A DNA stretch of 44,255 nucleotides, from the IMG/VR virus record IMGVR_UViG_3300044491_000309, positions 1 to 44,255 of that record; one strand, given 5' to 3'. Of the stretch, positions 26,175 through 35,974 are shown piece after piece. A program made the position numbers and the translations under genes. Positions within the stretch are counted from its first letter, which is position 1; every line of letters starts with the position of its first letter. Under the pieces are notes generated by a model. It did not search any database and had not been told where the DNA came from. It saw only the letters and a list, made by a program, of their open reading frames with translations. The stretch is from a virus. Lineage: Duplodnaviria; Caudoviricetes.

Positions 26175-26575
26175 TATTTCTTGAATTGTTTTAGTTTTCG
26201 TTCTAAATCTGTTTTCTCATCATGACATGTCTTACACAACACTTGTAGATTATCCACTTCACAAAACAAAGTTTCTACAAATGCAGGAAGATCTTGTGCA
26301 CAATTTAAGCTACCAGCTGGTTCTATGTGATCAACGTTAACCTGATCACTCTTAAACCATCCTTTACATTTGTTACATTGATATTCCCATCTTTGTCTTT
26401 TGTTGTTTCCTTTGTATGCTCTCTTTGCAAGCTCTTTACATTTAGAAACTGGTTTCCACCATCTACTCTTTTGCCTAAGTGCACTTCTTATCATAGACCA
26501 GAAAGCTGATTCTGTCATTGTTCCAGCATTTCTAGTCCTAGCCACTCTAGGTTTTCTTGTTGATTTTTTTGCCAT
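26174..26575 (-). CDS. HNH endonuclease
   Basis: CNKC, VDHIEP, NLQVLCKTCH.EKT. Confidence 0.85.
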   Translation of the reverse strand: MAKKSTRKPRVARTRNAGTMTESAFWSMIRSALRQKSRWWKPVSKCKELAKRAYKGNNKRQRWEYQCNKCKGWFKSDQVNVDHIEPAGSLNCAQDLPAFVETLFCEVDNLQVLCKTCHDEKTDLERKLKQFKK

Positions 26576-26591
26576 ATAAGTTTAAATTAAA

Positions 26592-26630
26592 GGGGAATAG
26601 CAAATATACGAAATAAATGCTATCCCCCAA
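26592..26630 (-). promoter_or_regulatory. Promoter (TTG-N19-TATATTTG) embedded in an inverted repeat
   Basis: caaatata at 26601-26608, flanked by ggggaatagca / tgctatcccc. Confidence 0.6.
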
Positions 26631-26634
26631 TTAA

Positions 26635-28149
26635 TTAATCTAAAGATACAACTCTATCTCGTATCTCAGCCTTCATGTCTTCTAAGCTTCCTACAATATT
26701 ACGTATGTCAGAACTGCTAACATTTGGTAAATTGAATTCATATTTAGAAGTTTCTGATACAAACCCTTCTTGCACCTTAATCTCAAGGTTTTCAAGCTCA
26801 CGGATTGCATACTCCTCATCAAGTTGTAGTGTATCAAACTGATTATCATGAAGAATACTTGTAGCTTCTTCTCTTGGTACAGTCATAATTGGTAAATATT
26901 CATAACATCTACCTTTATGTGTACCAATACCAACTACCTTCATTGGATTGATAAGAACAAGTACAGACTGATCACCACATCCTACATAGTGTATCTGGTC
27001 AGAAGTAAAATGTAAACCAGCTGCAGCACAATCTTGTGTTGACCAGTTACAACTTTCCTTAGGCATGTTAACCACCTTACCTACACGTATGTCAAATGTT
27101 TTAGTCCAATCATCTGTGAAGCGATTCTCATGTCTGTTAGGTAGGTCTAGATATAGAGCTGTAAGTTTACCTATCTCTTCTCCATGATCTACCTTAACAC
27201 TTGTTGTATACTCATACTCTTCCACTTCACCTGATCCATCACATGTTTCACAATCTATCCAATCTCCTTCATTCCACTCATCTTCATCCTCATAATAATC
27301 ACCATCATCATAATATCCACCTTCACCATAACAGTCTTTACAAGTTGTACTGGTGTGTGTTTCCTCACGGAACAGACTATCATTGTGTACAAGTTTGTAC
27401 TCACCATTCTCTAGGAACACAGTGTAGTCATCTGGACTCTTCTTCCAAACAGCTTTCACCTTGTTGTACGTATTAGAGATGAAGTGTACAAGCTCTGGAC
27501 TTCCATGTAGTGTAACAACATTACGTAGTGCTACAAAGAATCCTTGCTTAGTGATACGGAAGCTGTTCTCTTTCAAGAATCTGTATAGCTCATGTGCCAC
27601 CTCAGCTCTTGGATTAAGTGCACACCACATAAAGAAACGTTTAAGAGATGTATACTCTTCATGCTCATTTAGTGGAATATTCAAAGACTTAGCATCTGCT
27701 ACAGCATCAATAAGTTCTTCAACTAGTAATTGTGGTAGAGATCTAGATATACCTTTGAAGTATACACTATCTCCATCAATTGTAAACTCACCACTCTCTT
27801 TCAGAACAGATATTCCCTCACGAAGAGCTTTAAGTCTTGCAAGTTTCTTCTCTTCTTCAATCTTCTCACTAACAACACTAGGGTCACTAACAATAGAATA
27901 CAAGTCTGCTACATTCTTTGCTACCTGTACAGCCGCATAGTGATCTTCTGTAGCATCCATCTTGGTAATTACAGAACCATCGTTCATTACAATAGTTAGC
28001 ACATCGTTAACTAACTTAGCGCTTTGATAAGGCTGTTCAGCAGCTTCATCTTGTTCATTCATTAAGGCATCAAGTTTCTTCTCAATTACCTTCTCTACTG
28101 AATGGTCCACTTTGTTTTTAAACCATTCTAAACTTAAAAATTTACTCAT
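26635..28149 (-). CDS. rIIB: rIIB-like protein with inserted zinc finger
   Basis: NP.......LY.FL......IT..G.FVA, VNMP, CAAAGLH, INPMKVV, KGRCYEY; follows rIIA. Confidence 0.8.
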   Translation of the reverse strand: MSKFLSLEWFKNKVDHSVEKVIEKKLDALMNEQDEAAEQPYQSAKLVNDVLTIVMNDGSVITKMDATEDHYAAVQVAKNVADLYSIVSDPSVVSEKIEEEKKLARLKALREGISVLKESGEFTIDGDSVYFKGISRSLPQLLVEELIDAVADAKSLNIPLNEHEEYTSLKRFFMWCALNPRAEVAHELYRFLKENSFRITKQGFFVALRNVVTLHGSPELVHFISNTYNKVKAVWKKSPDDYTVFLENGEYKLVHNDSLFREETHTSTTCKDCYGEGGYYDDGDYYEDEDEWNEGDWIDCETCDGSGEVEEYEYTTSVKVDHGEEIGKLTALYLDLPNRHENRFTDDWTKTFDIRVGKVVNMPKESCNWSTQDCAAAGLHFTSDQIHYVGCGDQSVLVLINPMKVVGIGTHKGRCYEYLPIMTVPREEATSILHDNQFDTLQLDEEYAIRELENLEIKVQEGFVSETSKYEFNLPNVSSSDIRNIVGSLEDMKAEIRDRVVSLD

Positions 28150-28187
28150 GTTTTTGATTGTTTTTATTTATTAATATACGAAAAATA

Positions 28188-28212
28188 TGGGAGACTGTCA
28201 AACAATCTCCCA
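28188..28212 (-). terminator. Hairpin after rIIA overlapping a variant promoter (TTTG-N20-TATATTAA)
   Basis: Minus strand TGGGAGATTGT-TTG-ACAGTCTCCCA-TATTTTT. Confidence 0.6.
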
Positions 28213-28220
28213 CATATAAT

Positions 28221-30506
28221 CTACTCTGTTTCAGCATCTTTTAATGCTTTTTTTAAATAATTATACTTATAATCTGTATTTACAGTTAATCCATTACAAG
28301 TCATTAGTTGTGCCATGCAATCTAGAAGTTCACCAGAGTGATGAGCATAAGTCATCACCTTTGCAATGCTATTGAAATAATAGTGAGTCTTTAATAGTTG
28401 GTGCACCTTCTCTTGTAGTTGATAATATGTATCATCAAACAAGTTGTTCTCTTCAGCTATCTTCATCAAATCATCAAGATCTCCAAAACTACTATACTTA
28501 GTAGGATATAGGTAGAGTGCTCGATAATCTTTGAGATTCTTTAGATCAGTTGCAAGTTCAGAATACACTGTATTAATGTAGCTTAGCTTATCAAACACAT
28601 CACTATACTTATTAACGAATCTGTGGATGCGTACAGATGTAACTATCTGAACAAACTTCTCATGACCTTTTACAAAATCATCATAAGATACTAGATTGTC
28701 CACTGTCTCTCCTGAATCTTCTATAACATCAAGCTCACGTTGAGATAGTGTAATATATTCAATACCCATCTTTTTGGTATCCTCATACATCTTATCAAGC
28801 TTCACAAAGTCATCGTGATGTGTATAAACATAAAGAGTGTTACCCTCTTCTATTGTTTGAACATTAAGACGACCAGCAACAAACTTACAGTTTCTACCAT
28901 TGTTATATCTAAGAAGACTTTCAGCTTTCTTACAATTGAAATCACCTTCAAGCTTTGCACCTTTAGCAGCTTTAGTTGCTTTCATCTTAGCCACCTTGCT
29001 ATTCTTTCTAGCATCTAACCAGTCTTGAGGCACTTCAATAACATCAGCATCAACAAGATCAGCAAGTAGAAGACTTTCAATGTGCTTCCACTCTTTGATT
29101 ACAGTTCTCCATTGGTCCTTAGGATAGTTGTTAAGCTTTAGAATCTCTTTGTATCCTTGAGATCCATTTAACGTCATTTGCTTATGCTTAGCTTTCTCCT
29201 TAATAAAATATACACATCTATCTGTATGATTTTCTGCGAGCTCTCTTAGATAGGCTTTCTTATTGCCTCGCATATCACCATTAAGTAAATAATGTCTCTT
29301 TTTAGGATCATCCCAATCAACACGTGATGACCAACTATGTGTATCATATTTTATCTCATACATTCTACCATTCTCATACTTGTAAGAACGTCTGTAGTTC
29401 TTAAGTAATGCACCAAATGCATATCCTTGTAACGTATGTAATTCCAATGTATCTACACCAGGTATCTTAGGTGTAGCAATTCTAGCTGTAGCAAATGCAG
29501 CAAGTTGATTGTAGTCAAACTGCTTACCAAACATATTGATATATCTACTGTTGCTTGTGTAATACTTCAGTACAGCATACACATCACTATTTACAGTGAC
29601 TGATTGATTATACCGTTGTGTCATTACATTAGCAAAGCGATGTATCTTTTCTAGAATAGCTTTCTTTGCTTCAGGTGTATATCTAAGAGCCTCACGGTTT
29701 GGTGTAGGAAACACACCATCTGTCAAACTAAGTCTCAGACCTACAGGTATTTGTATCTTATCTATATCAAGCTTCTTGAAGTCTAGTGGATAGTATACAT
29801 CATCAAGACATACATGTAGATAGCTATCAGAAGATAGTTCAGAGAACTGAAACAGATTAGATCTGTGAATCACAAAGTTATTATCTATGTCATCCACATT
29901 GAAATACACATGCTCAAAATAAGCAAGCTGTTCTCTTATCTTATTTACAAAGTCCCAACGGTCGCCCCACTTGATAGGTATGATCACCTTAACACCATTG
30001 TCTTCCATTGTTGGTTTTTCATATATCAAGTCAATAGTATTAGTTTCTTCACCCTCATACATCATGTACTTACGCTCAACACCATCTTTTCTACATGTAA
30101 AATAGAAGCTGCTAGCATAAGCTAGAGGGGCCTTGAAACCAAGACCCATCATACCAAGCTCTGTATCACTATCACGTTTAGTAGACTTACCATACTTACT
30201 GATGATTTTCTCTACATCATCTGCGTCTAAACCAATACCAAAATCCTCAACAGAGAATTCATAATTGTTACTGTCATTTCTCACAAGAGACACCACAATA
30301 GGTTTATTAACTCCTGCTCTTCTATGACTGTCCAGTGCATTACTGGCACACTCTCTAACTGCAGAGCCTATTGCATCTGAATACAGATTTTTACTTAACA
30401 TCTGCATCAATACCTGTGCAGAATCTAAGTCTAGGGACATTCCTATGCTCTTGTTAGCTGGTCCTGTTGCTAGGACGTTTGATTGTTTTTGATTTTCTAA
30501 TCTCAT
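28221..30506 (-). CDS. rIIA: rIIA-like protein with N-terminal GHKL (HSP90-like) ATPase
   Basis: LYSD....VRE..SNA.DSH, DFGIGL, YGKSTK, GMMGLGFK, PNREAL. Confidence 0.88.
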   Translation of the reverse strand: MRLENQKQSNVLATGPANKSIGMSLDLDSAQVLMQMLSKNLYSDAIGSAVRECASNALDSHRRAGVNKPIVVSLVRNDSNNYEFSVEDFGIGLDADDVEKIISKYGKSTKRDSDTELGMMGLGFKAPLAYASSFYFTCRKDGVERKYMMYEGEETNTIDLIYEKPTMEDNGVKVIIPIKWGDRWDFVNKIREQLAYFEHVYFNVDDIDNNFVIHRSNLFQFSELSSDSYLHVCLDDVYYPLDFKKLDIDKIQIPVGLRLSLTDGVFPTPNREALRYTPEAKKAILEKIHRFANVMTQRYNQSVTVNSDVYAVLKYYTSNSRYINMFGKQFDYNQLAAFATARIATPKIPGVDTLELHTLQGYAFGALLKNYRRSYKYENGRMYEIKYDTHSWSSRVDWDDPKKRHYLLNGDMRGNKKAYLRELAENHTDRCVYFIKEKAKHKQMTLNGSQGYKEILKLNNYPKDQWRTVIKEWKHIESLLLADLVDADVIEVPQDWLDARKNSKVAKMKATKAAKGAKLEGDFNCKKAESLLRYNNGRNCKFVAGRLNVQTIEEGNTLYVYTHHDDFVKLDKMYEDTKKMGIEYITLSQRELDVIEDSGETVDNLVSYDDFVKGHEKFVQIVTSVRIHRFVNKYSDVFDKLSYINTVYSELATDLKNLKDYRALYLYPTKYSSFGDLDDLMKIAEENNLFDDTYYQLQEKVHQLLKTHYYFNSIAKVMTYAHHSGELLDCMAQLMTCNGLTVNTDYKYNYLKKALKDAETE

Positions 30507-30526
30507 TTCTGTTTTGTTTTTATTTA

Positions 30527-30733
30527 TTATAGTGAATTTATTAAATGTTCTTTTGTTTCATATAGATGATGCTCATTAACCTCTAAATTGTCTGTAACAC
30601 CAAACTTGTAATAAATATTAATGGTATCATATCCTACCTTTACACGTATGTATGATACTTCTTTTTCTGTTGGTCTATTATTCTGCATAATCCAAACCTT
30701 ATCTTTCATGTTAAATTTTGTTTTAATTGTCAT
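30527..30733 (-). CDS. Small SH3-like hypothetical protein
   Basis: IKTKFN..DKVW...LYETKE.LI.SL pattern. Confidence 0.65.
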   Translation of the reverse strand: MTIKTKFNMKDKVWIMQNNRPTEKEVSYIRVKVGYDTINIYYKFGVTDNLEVNEHHLYETKEHLINSL

Positions 30734-30740
30734 AATGTTC

Positions 30741-31028
30741 CTATTTATTTATTCCTATTCGTTTTACTAGCCAGATTGACTTATATTCAAAGTCAAATCT
30801 TACATTATCCTTATCATCTGTATCCCATTTCTTATCAAACTTACTGTTGATTCTATTACATACAGCTGCTGTCCATCCTGTATAAGGATTTCCTTGATAA
30901 TCTTTGTATTGTTTTTGTTTTGGAGGTCTTACAATTTGCATGTAGTTGAGGTCTACACCTCGTACAATCACTTCATCTCCCACTTGGAGATCTTCTTGTT
31001 TAATCGGTCTGTTTACTGTGTTATCCAT
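30741..31028 (-). CDS. Hypothetical protein
   Basis: LQVGDEVIV...VRFDFEYK.IWL; resembles the neighbouring gene. Confidence 0.7.
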   Translation of the reverse strand: MDNTVNRPIKQEDLQVGDEVIVRGVDLNYMQIVRPPKQKQYKDYQGNPYTGWTAAVCNRINSKFDKKWDTDDKDNVRFDFEYKSIWLVKRIGINK

Positions 31029-31362
31029 TGTTAAATTTATTAATTATATATATTTGTTTAAAATTTAGATCCACTTTCACTATTGGATCATCTTGATTAG
31101 GCACTCTGAACTCATACGTTTTATAAGTATTAGTCCAGGGTTTATTAGTCCAAGTGTTTACACCTGAAACTGTCTTTTCTGTTATAGCAGCTCTACACTT
31201 TACAGCTATGTATCTTGTTGTACCATTGTACCACTTTGCCTTTTTACTAACTCGTGGAATTTCTTCCACCACATAACATCTCATCTCTGAGCCTGCGTTA
31301 GTAATGATTTCATCTCCTGGTTCTAATATACCAGGATCTTGTGTTAATGTTCCTCTTATCAT
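31021..31362 (-). CDS. Hypothetical protein
   Basis: LEPGDEII...VKVDLNFKQIYI. Confidence 0.7.
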   Translation of the reverse strand: MIRGTLTQDPGILEPGDEIITNAGSEMRCYVVEEIPRVSKKAKWYNGTTRYIAVKCRAAITEKTVSGVNTWTNKPWTNTYKTYEFRVPNQDDPIVKVDLNFKQIYIINKFNNG

Positions 31363-31373
31363 TGTTTCTGTTT

Positions 31374-32096
31374 TTAAAATGGATCTTCTGCATCTTTTAA
31401 CCAGTTGATGCTAAATCCGTTGTTTTCATAAATTAATGTATCCACTTTTGTAAACACACCTTCTGAGTCCCAGTCTATACCCTTATATGAAGCACTAGCT
31501 GGATGGCTAACAATAAATGTGTGAGCAAAGATGCCTGTATACTTCTTATAACTACCTGCGTCCTTACCAAGAAAGACATATGGTACACCTAGTGGATTAA
31601 GAACCTCTTCAAACAAATACTTTGTAAAAGGTTCCCATACATCTATGTGACTACCAGCCTTGTTCTTCTCAGTGGTGAGTGCTACGTTAAGCATAAGTAT
31701 TCCCTGTTGTGCTAAGTAAGACACGTCAGGTGATGCATCATAACTTAAATTGAGTCCTCTGTGAAACTCATTCTCAAGAGCTCCATAGAAGTTCTTAAGT
31801 GATGGTTGTGTATATCCTGTTACAGAACAACCCATAAGCAAACCATCTGCTACAGGTAATCCATTCTTAAATGTGTGATAGGGACACATGCCCACAATCA
31901 CTGCCTTCACTTCATCCAGTGGTGTCTCTTTGAAACATCTATAGACATGAGATGACAGAGGAGCAATTTCTTTGCCCCTCTTACTCTCTTTCTTCAAGAA
32001 TGCATATATATCATCACATTCATTGCTTTCTATAAATGGTTTCATTTTATCATGCCACGATGGGTGGAAGTGTTCTTTAAAATTATTCCAGTTCAT
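31374..32096 (-). CDS. ung: Uracil-DNA glycosylase family 1-like, atypical active site
   Basis: VKAVIVGMCPYH, ADGL, PSLKN, QGILMLN.ALT, GSH...W, SHPA. Confidence 0.85.
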   Translation of the reverse strand: MNWNNFKEHFHPSWHDKMKPFIESNECDDIYAFLKKESKRGKEIAPLSSHVYRCFKETPLDEVKAVIVGMCPYHTFKNGLPVADGLLMGCSVTGYTQPSLKNFYGALENEFHRGLNLSYDASPDVSYLAQQGILMLNVALTTEKNKAGSHIDVWEPFTKYLFEEVLNPLGVPYVFLGKDAGSYKKYTGIFAHTFIVSHPASASYKGIDWDSEGVFTKVDTLIYENNGFSINWLKDAEDPF

Positions 32097-32099
32097 AAA

Positions 32100-32240
32100 C
32101 TATTCTTTTTCTTCCCATTGTGTAATTGCTGTGTTCTTTATGTTAGATGACAGACACTGCGTACACAATGTCTCTTTCTTTTCACTAACAAAGTCATCAC
32201 CACAATCATTACAATAGTATTCATATTTAAACTTTCTCAT
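32100..32240 (-). CDS. 46-aa zinc-ribbon protein; not in the ORF track
   Basis: Reads MRKFKYEYYCNDCGDDFVSEKKETLCTQCLSSNIKNTAITQWEEKE*. Confidence 0.7.
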   Translation of the reverse strand: MRKFKYEYYCNDCGDDFVSEKKETLCTQCLSSNIKNTAITQWEEKE

Positions 32241-32241
32241 A

Positions 32242-32475
32242 TTAGTTAATACATAATGCTGTTGTTTCTTTGTCTATCTTATCTTGATCAATCTGTATCT
32301 CTACATCAATGTACTGATTCTTCAGTCCTTTTGTTTTTAAAAGACACGCATGAAAATTTACCTTCTGGTAAGAGTTACCTTCGTCATCCTGAGAATAGAT
32401 TACTTCTAATTCACCTATTTGAGGATCTTTTTTCAACATCTCTACAAGATTGTTTACATAATCTTTTGCTTTCAT
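32242..32475 (-). CDS. Hypothetical protein
   Basis: 77 aa with SQDDEGNSY motif. Confidence 0.7.
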   Translation of the reverse strand: MKAKDYVNNLVEMLKKDPQIGELEVIYSQDDEGNSYQKVNFHACLLKTKGLKNQYIDVEIQIDQDKIDKETTALCIN

Positions 32476-32477
32476 GA

Positions 32478-33266
32478 TTAAAACATACTTAATTGATTAC
32501 TAAGTAGAGCTGCAAACATATCTGCATCTGCTTTCACATTCTCGTTTAAAGAACCAACATGTCCTGTAAAGAAGTTATGAGTGTCTATGTGATCTTGCAT
32601 CCAGTCTGATGGATGTGCCTCTTTCAATGCAAATGTAACGTGATTATACAGTTCCCACATGCTTCCCTGTGCACCATAGTCATGAGTTGGATTTCTAAGT
32701 TCTCTCTTAACTATGTTTAGCTGTTTAGATGTAATGATTTCTTCCTGAAGAAACAATCTACCTAACAGTTCTGCTTGAGTTTGTTCTGTAGCTTCGTATT
32801 GCTTTAATGCATCACGATCTTTCTGCAGGTCTTGAAAAGCATCACCACCACCTTTAATGTATTCTGATATAGCTGCTGGTGTAAAGGTTTGTATATCTCC
32901 TTGATGCTTCTTTCTAAAAGCTCCGTGATCACCTTTCACCATACCATTAGAACAAATGATGATTGATGTACCAAGAGCAAACTTAAGAGCTAACCTCTTA
33001 TCATAGCTGTTCTGCCAACCTATTTGTAATTTCATTTCACTATCAGCAACATTGGCTATTGTATATCTACCATTAGCTACATTACCATCTCTTGCTGTAG
33101 AATAACTTTGACTCTCTAATGTATATCCTGACTGGTATATACTCTCAAGAGTTAAGTCTATAAGCTCTCTATGGCTTACAGGTTTGTAGGTTGTTGTTTC
33201 CTTGGGTACTGGTGCACTTAACAATAGATTTTTAGCTTGTGCACTGTTTTTGATTCTTGCTTCCAT
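32478..33266 (-). CDS. DUF932/DUF945-like protein
   Basis: YKPVSH, NSYD, CSNGM, W.LYN.VT motifs. Confidence 0.75.
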   Translation of the reverse strand: MEARIKNSAQAKNLLLSAPVPKETTTYKPVSHRELIDLTLESIYQSGYTLESQSYSTARDGNVANGRYTIANVADSEMKLQIGWQNSYDKRLALKFALGTSIIICSNGMVKGDHGAFRKKHQGDIQTFTPAAISEYIKGGGDAFQDLQKDRDALKQYEATEQTQAELLGRLFLQEEIITSKQLNIVKRELRNPTHDYGAQGSMWELYNHVTFALKEAHPSDWMQDHIDTHNFFTGHVGSLNENVKADADMFAALLSNQLSMF

Positions 33267-33271
33267 TTTTA

Positions 33272-34276
33272 TTATATTATGTTTTTATTTATTAAATATT
33301 CTTCAATCACTTTGAGTCCGTGAATCTTTGCAAGGTCTGCCCAATCTTTGATTCCTTCTTTAAGGAACTTTCTGGGAACATTACAATAGTCAAAACCAAA
33401 CATCTCAGTTATCTTTTTACTGTTTGATACCCCTGTATCATCACTATCAAATGATAGTATCTGTCTTCTAGAGTTGTCCAGTAGATATTGCACGTTCTCA
33501 TCAGAGAAACAGCCCATACCCTCATTCTGGACAGCACAGCAACACGGATAGAGTTTCTTCATCACCATATAATCTTTCTTACTCTTGTTGATGAATGCTA
33601 CATCACAATCTGTGATGTCATCTTTTCCATCCATAGCTGTAATGGGTACATTGTTAGGCATCCATTTCCATCTTCTATCAGAGAATGGTCTATAAATCTT
33701 CCAATGTCCATCATAGAGATAACCAAATCTAAGTTCGTTATCAGGTAGTATAATTCGCTTCTTGTTTAGATACACCTCAGCAACAGAGAATACATTATTA
33801 GCTTTTAGATCCTCTATGTCTTGATAGTATGTATTCCAATATGCAAGCTCCTCGTGTGTAAAGTTTCTAGTCTTCACCTGAATGAAAGAATAATCTTTAG
33901 CAACTACTTCTGGCTGCTTGTATTTCTTAGTTATCTTCTTATATTCATTAGTATTACTACCAGATCCTATACCTAAATTGAAATCAGCATCTATTTTCTC
34001 TAGCACCTCTCTGAACGTAGGTATGTTATAGAGTAGTTTTACAAACTCAAAACAGTTACCACTATTACTAGTGTCACCAAAGTCAATAAACCTGATTGTG
34101 TCACCTCTAACACCTATTAAGAACGAAGGATTTCTCTCATTCCTAAATGGTGAATATGTTGCTTGTCCTAGTTTCCAATCATCACTGGGCATATAAAACC
34201 TGAATATGTCATACTCTGAAATCTTTGACAGAATAGCTTCTGCCGATATATTTATTTTCTTTACTCCTCCTATCAT
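33272..34276 (-). CDS. DNA primase (crAss-like TOPRIM type)
   Basis: SPFR.E..PSF, F.DFG, KIYRP, KSKKD, FDSDDTG, KDWAD; start placed at ATG 34276. Confidence 0.8.
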   Translation of the reverse strand: MIGGVKKINISAEAILSKISEYDIFRFYMPSDDWKLGQATYSPFRNERNPSFLIGVRGDTIRFIDFGDTSNSGNCFEFVKLLYNIPTFREVLEKIDADFNLGIGSGSNTNEYKKITKKYKQPEVVAKDYSFIQVKTRNFTHEELAYWNTYYQDIEDLKANNVFSVAEVYLNKKRIILPDNELRFGYLYDGHWKIYRPFSDRRWKWMPNNVPITAMDGKDDITDCDVAFINKSKKDYMVMKKLYPCCCAVQNEGMGCFSDENVQYLLDNSRRQILSFDSDDTGVSNSKKITEMFGFDYCNVPRKFLKEGIKDWADLAKIHGLKVIEEYLINKNII

Positions 34277-34290
34277 AGTTTTATAAATAA

Positions 34291-34324
34291 TAAAGGCCCT
34301 CAATGTATACAAAGAGGACCTTTA
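34291..34324 (-). terminator. Hairpin between the SSB-like and primase genes
   Basis: taaaggccctc ... gaggaccttta imperfect inverted repeat. Confidence 0.5.
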
Positions 34325-34351
34325 GATTATGAAAAAAACAAACTAACAATC

Positions 34352-35230
34352 CTAATAATCTGAACCATCATCTGATATATAACTATCAGAGGCTACTAGA
34401 TTATCTCCAGGATTGTATTCTTCAATTTCTTTTAGTATGTAATAGTCTTTACATCCATACTCACCAGTAACTTGCACTACAAATTTCTCATGTGGCTTAA
34501 GTTCACGTGGTTTTCTAGATCTAAGGCTACTTAGTGTACGTTGGTCTGTATAGTCTACCAATCTGAATTGCTTCATAGCATATCCAGACAAGAAACCTTT
34601 GTTATAGATGCCTTGGTACTCTTTGGTCTCACCATCTTTCTCTTTAACAACAACAGTTGCAAGAGCTACAACAGTGGATCCCCATTCACCACCAACCTCA
34701 TTCTTAAGGTCACTGATATTACCACGCATTAGTTTCTTCCAGTCCAGCTGTAACACTGTATCTGAATGACGATAGTCTAACTTAGACAACCAAGTACGAA
34801 TGAAGTCATATAAGTCTTCTTCACCAATGTATGCAACACGATAGTCACGTCCATTAGTAAACCAATCCCATAGGTCATTCTCATCAGCAGCCCATGCTGT
34901 CATACCTACACTATTAATATATTGTTTTTTAGTTCCATCACGGTTTTCTCTTTCTCTGTCTTCCAAGAAGAAACTCACCTTGAAGTTATCTTGACTCTTG
35001 ATGTCCTGCAACCATACATCTACACGAAGATATGTATTGCCATCTTTTGTTGTTCCAAGATACTCTGTAACTTTACTGTCTGGATTAAGCTCCATACCAA
35101 GCACTGTGTTGTATTCTTCTATTGTTGGGTTAATGGCTACAATATTAGCCTCAAATAAACCAACTTTCTTTGGGTAGTTGGTGTTTTCATTGTTAGTGGA
35201 TTCTCTTTTTACTCCTCCAATTGTACTCAT
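34352..35230 (-). CDS. Putative single-stranded DNA-binding protein
   Basis: Lies between the AAA ATPase and primase; acidic, aromatic-ended tail (SDDGSDY). Confidence 0.5.
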   Translation of the reverse strand: MSTIGGVKRESTNNENTNYPKKVGLFEANIVAINPTIEEYNTVLGMELNPDSKVTEYLGTTKDGNTYLRVDVWLQDIKSQDNFKVSFFLEDRERENRDGTKKQYINSVGMTAWAADENDLWDWFTNGRDYRVAYIGEEDLYDFIRTWLSKLDYRHSDTVLQLDWKKLMRGNISDLKNEVGGEWGSTVVALATVVVKEKDGETKEYQGIYNKGFLSGYAMKQFRLVDYTDQRTLSSLRSRKPRELKPHEKFVVQVTGEYGCKDYYILKEIEEYNPGDNLVASDSYISDDGSDY

Positions 35231-35248
35231 AGATTTAAAATTTAATTA

Positions 35249-35917
35249 TTAATTATAGTATTCTATTACTTTGTCTTTTACTAGCTGTAGGTCATTAGGT
35301 ATTTTAGTTTCCTCAAACATCCCAGCTGGACTTTTAGCAGGTTTCTTTCTAAAACGATTAGTTAAGAAATAATACTGTGCTCCATCCTTTGTTTCTTCTA
35401 CATGTGTATATAAACACACTGTTAGTAGTCCTTCTAATAACACTTGATTATCAATAAGCTTACCTGCAGTTTTAATCTTGTATCCAATTATCTCACCAGC
35501 ATCTTCTATAGTTTCTGGATGAGAGAAGTAGAATATACACAAATCATCACGTAGTGCTCTTGCTGTTCTAAACATGTCTACCATGTCTTTAGCCATTACA
35601 CTAAACTTCATAAAGCCTGTCTCTGTAGCTTTCTCTACCATACGGAATCCCATAAGATAGTTACTGTCTTCAATTACCACATTCTTAATGTGTGGTGCTT
35701 TTTCAGAGAGTGTTTTAAGAAGTCTTGTAATCTCTGTAGGATCATCTACCTCTTTGTAGTTTTTATTATCTGCGTTGTAAAGTTTACCTGACCCTTTAAA
35801 AGGTAGCTCTTTCTTTGCAACGTTGATAATGTACGTTTCTTTTGGATCTAAATGTTTAATTGCTGTTGATTTACCTGTCCCAGTTTCACCAACAACTCCA
35901 ATCAATTTTGAACTCAT
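35249..35917 (-). CDS. AAA/P-loop ATPase (Sak4-like)
   Basis: GETGTGKST, VVIED, K.KT.GK.ID, AKSP.GMF. Confidence 0.8.
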   Translation of the reverse strand: MSSKLIGVVGETGTGKSTAIKHLDPKETYIINVAKKELPFKGSGKLYNADNKNYKEVDDPTEITRLLKTLSEKAPHIKNVVIEDSNYLMGFRMVEKATETGFMKFSVMAKDMVDMFRTARALRDDLCIFYFSHPETIEDAGEIIGYKIKTAGKLIDNQVLLEGLLTVCLYTHVEETKDGAQYYFLTNRFRKKPAKSPAGMFEETKIPNDLQLVKDKVIEYYN

Positions 35918-35961
35918 TCGTTTTCTTTTTTATTTATTATGTAGTTATTATTATAGTCTTA

Positions 35962-35974
35962 CAAATATACGAAA
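35962..35974 (-). promoter_or_regulatory. -7 element TTTCG-TATATTTG
   Basis: The same 13-mer also occurs at 26601-26613. Confidence 0.6.

Noticed and set aside
26174-26575. HNH gene as a mobile homing element
   Set aside because: It is free-standing in the recombination operon with no interrupted host gene; a resident nuclease is more likely.
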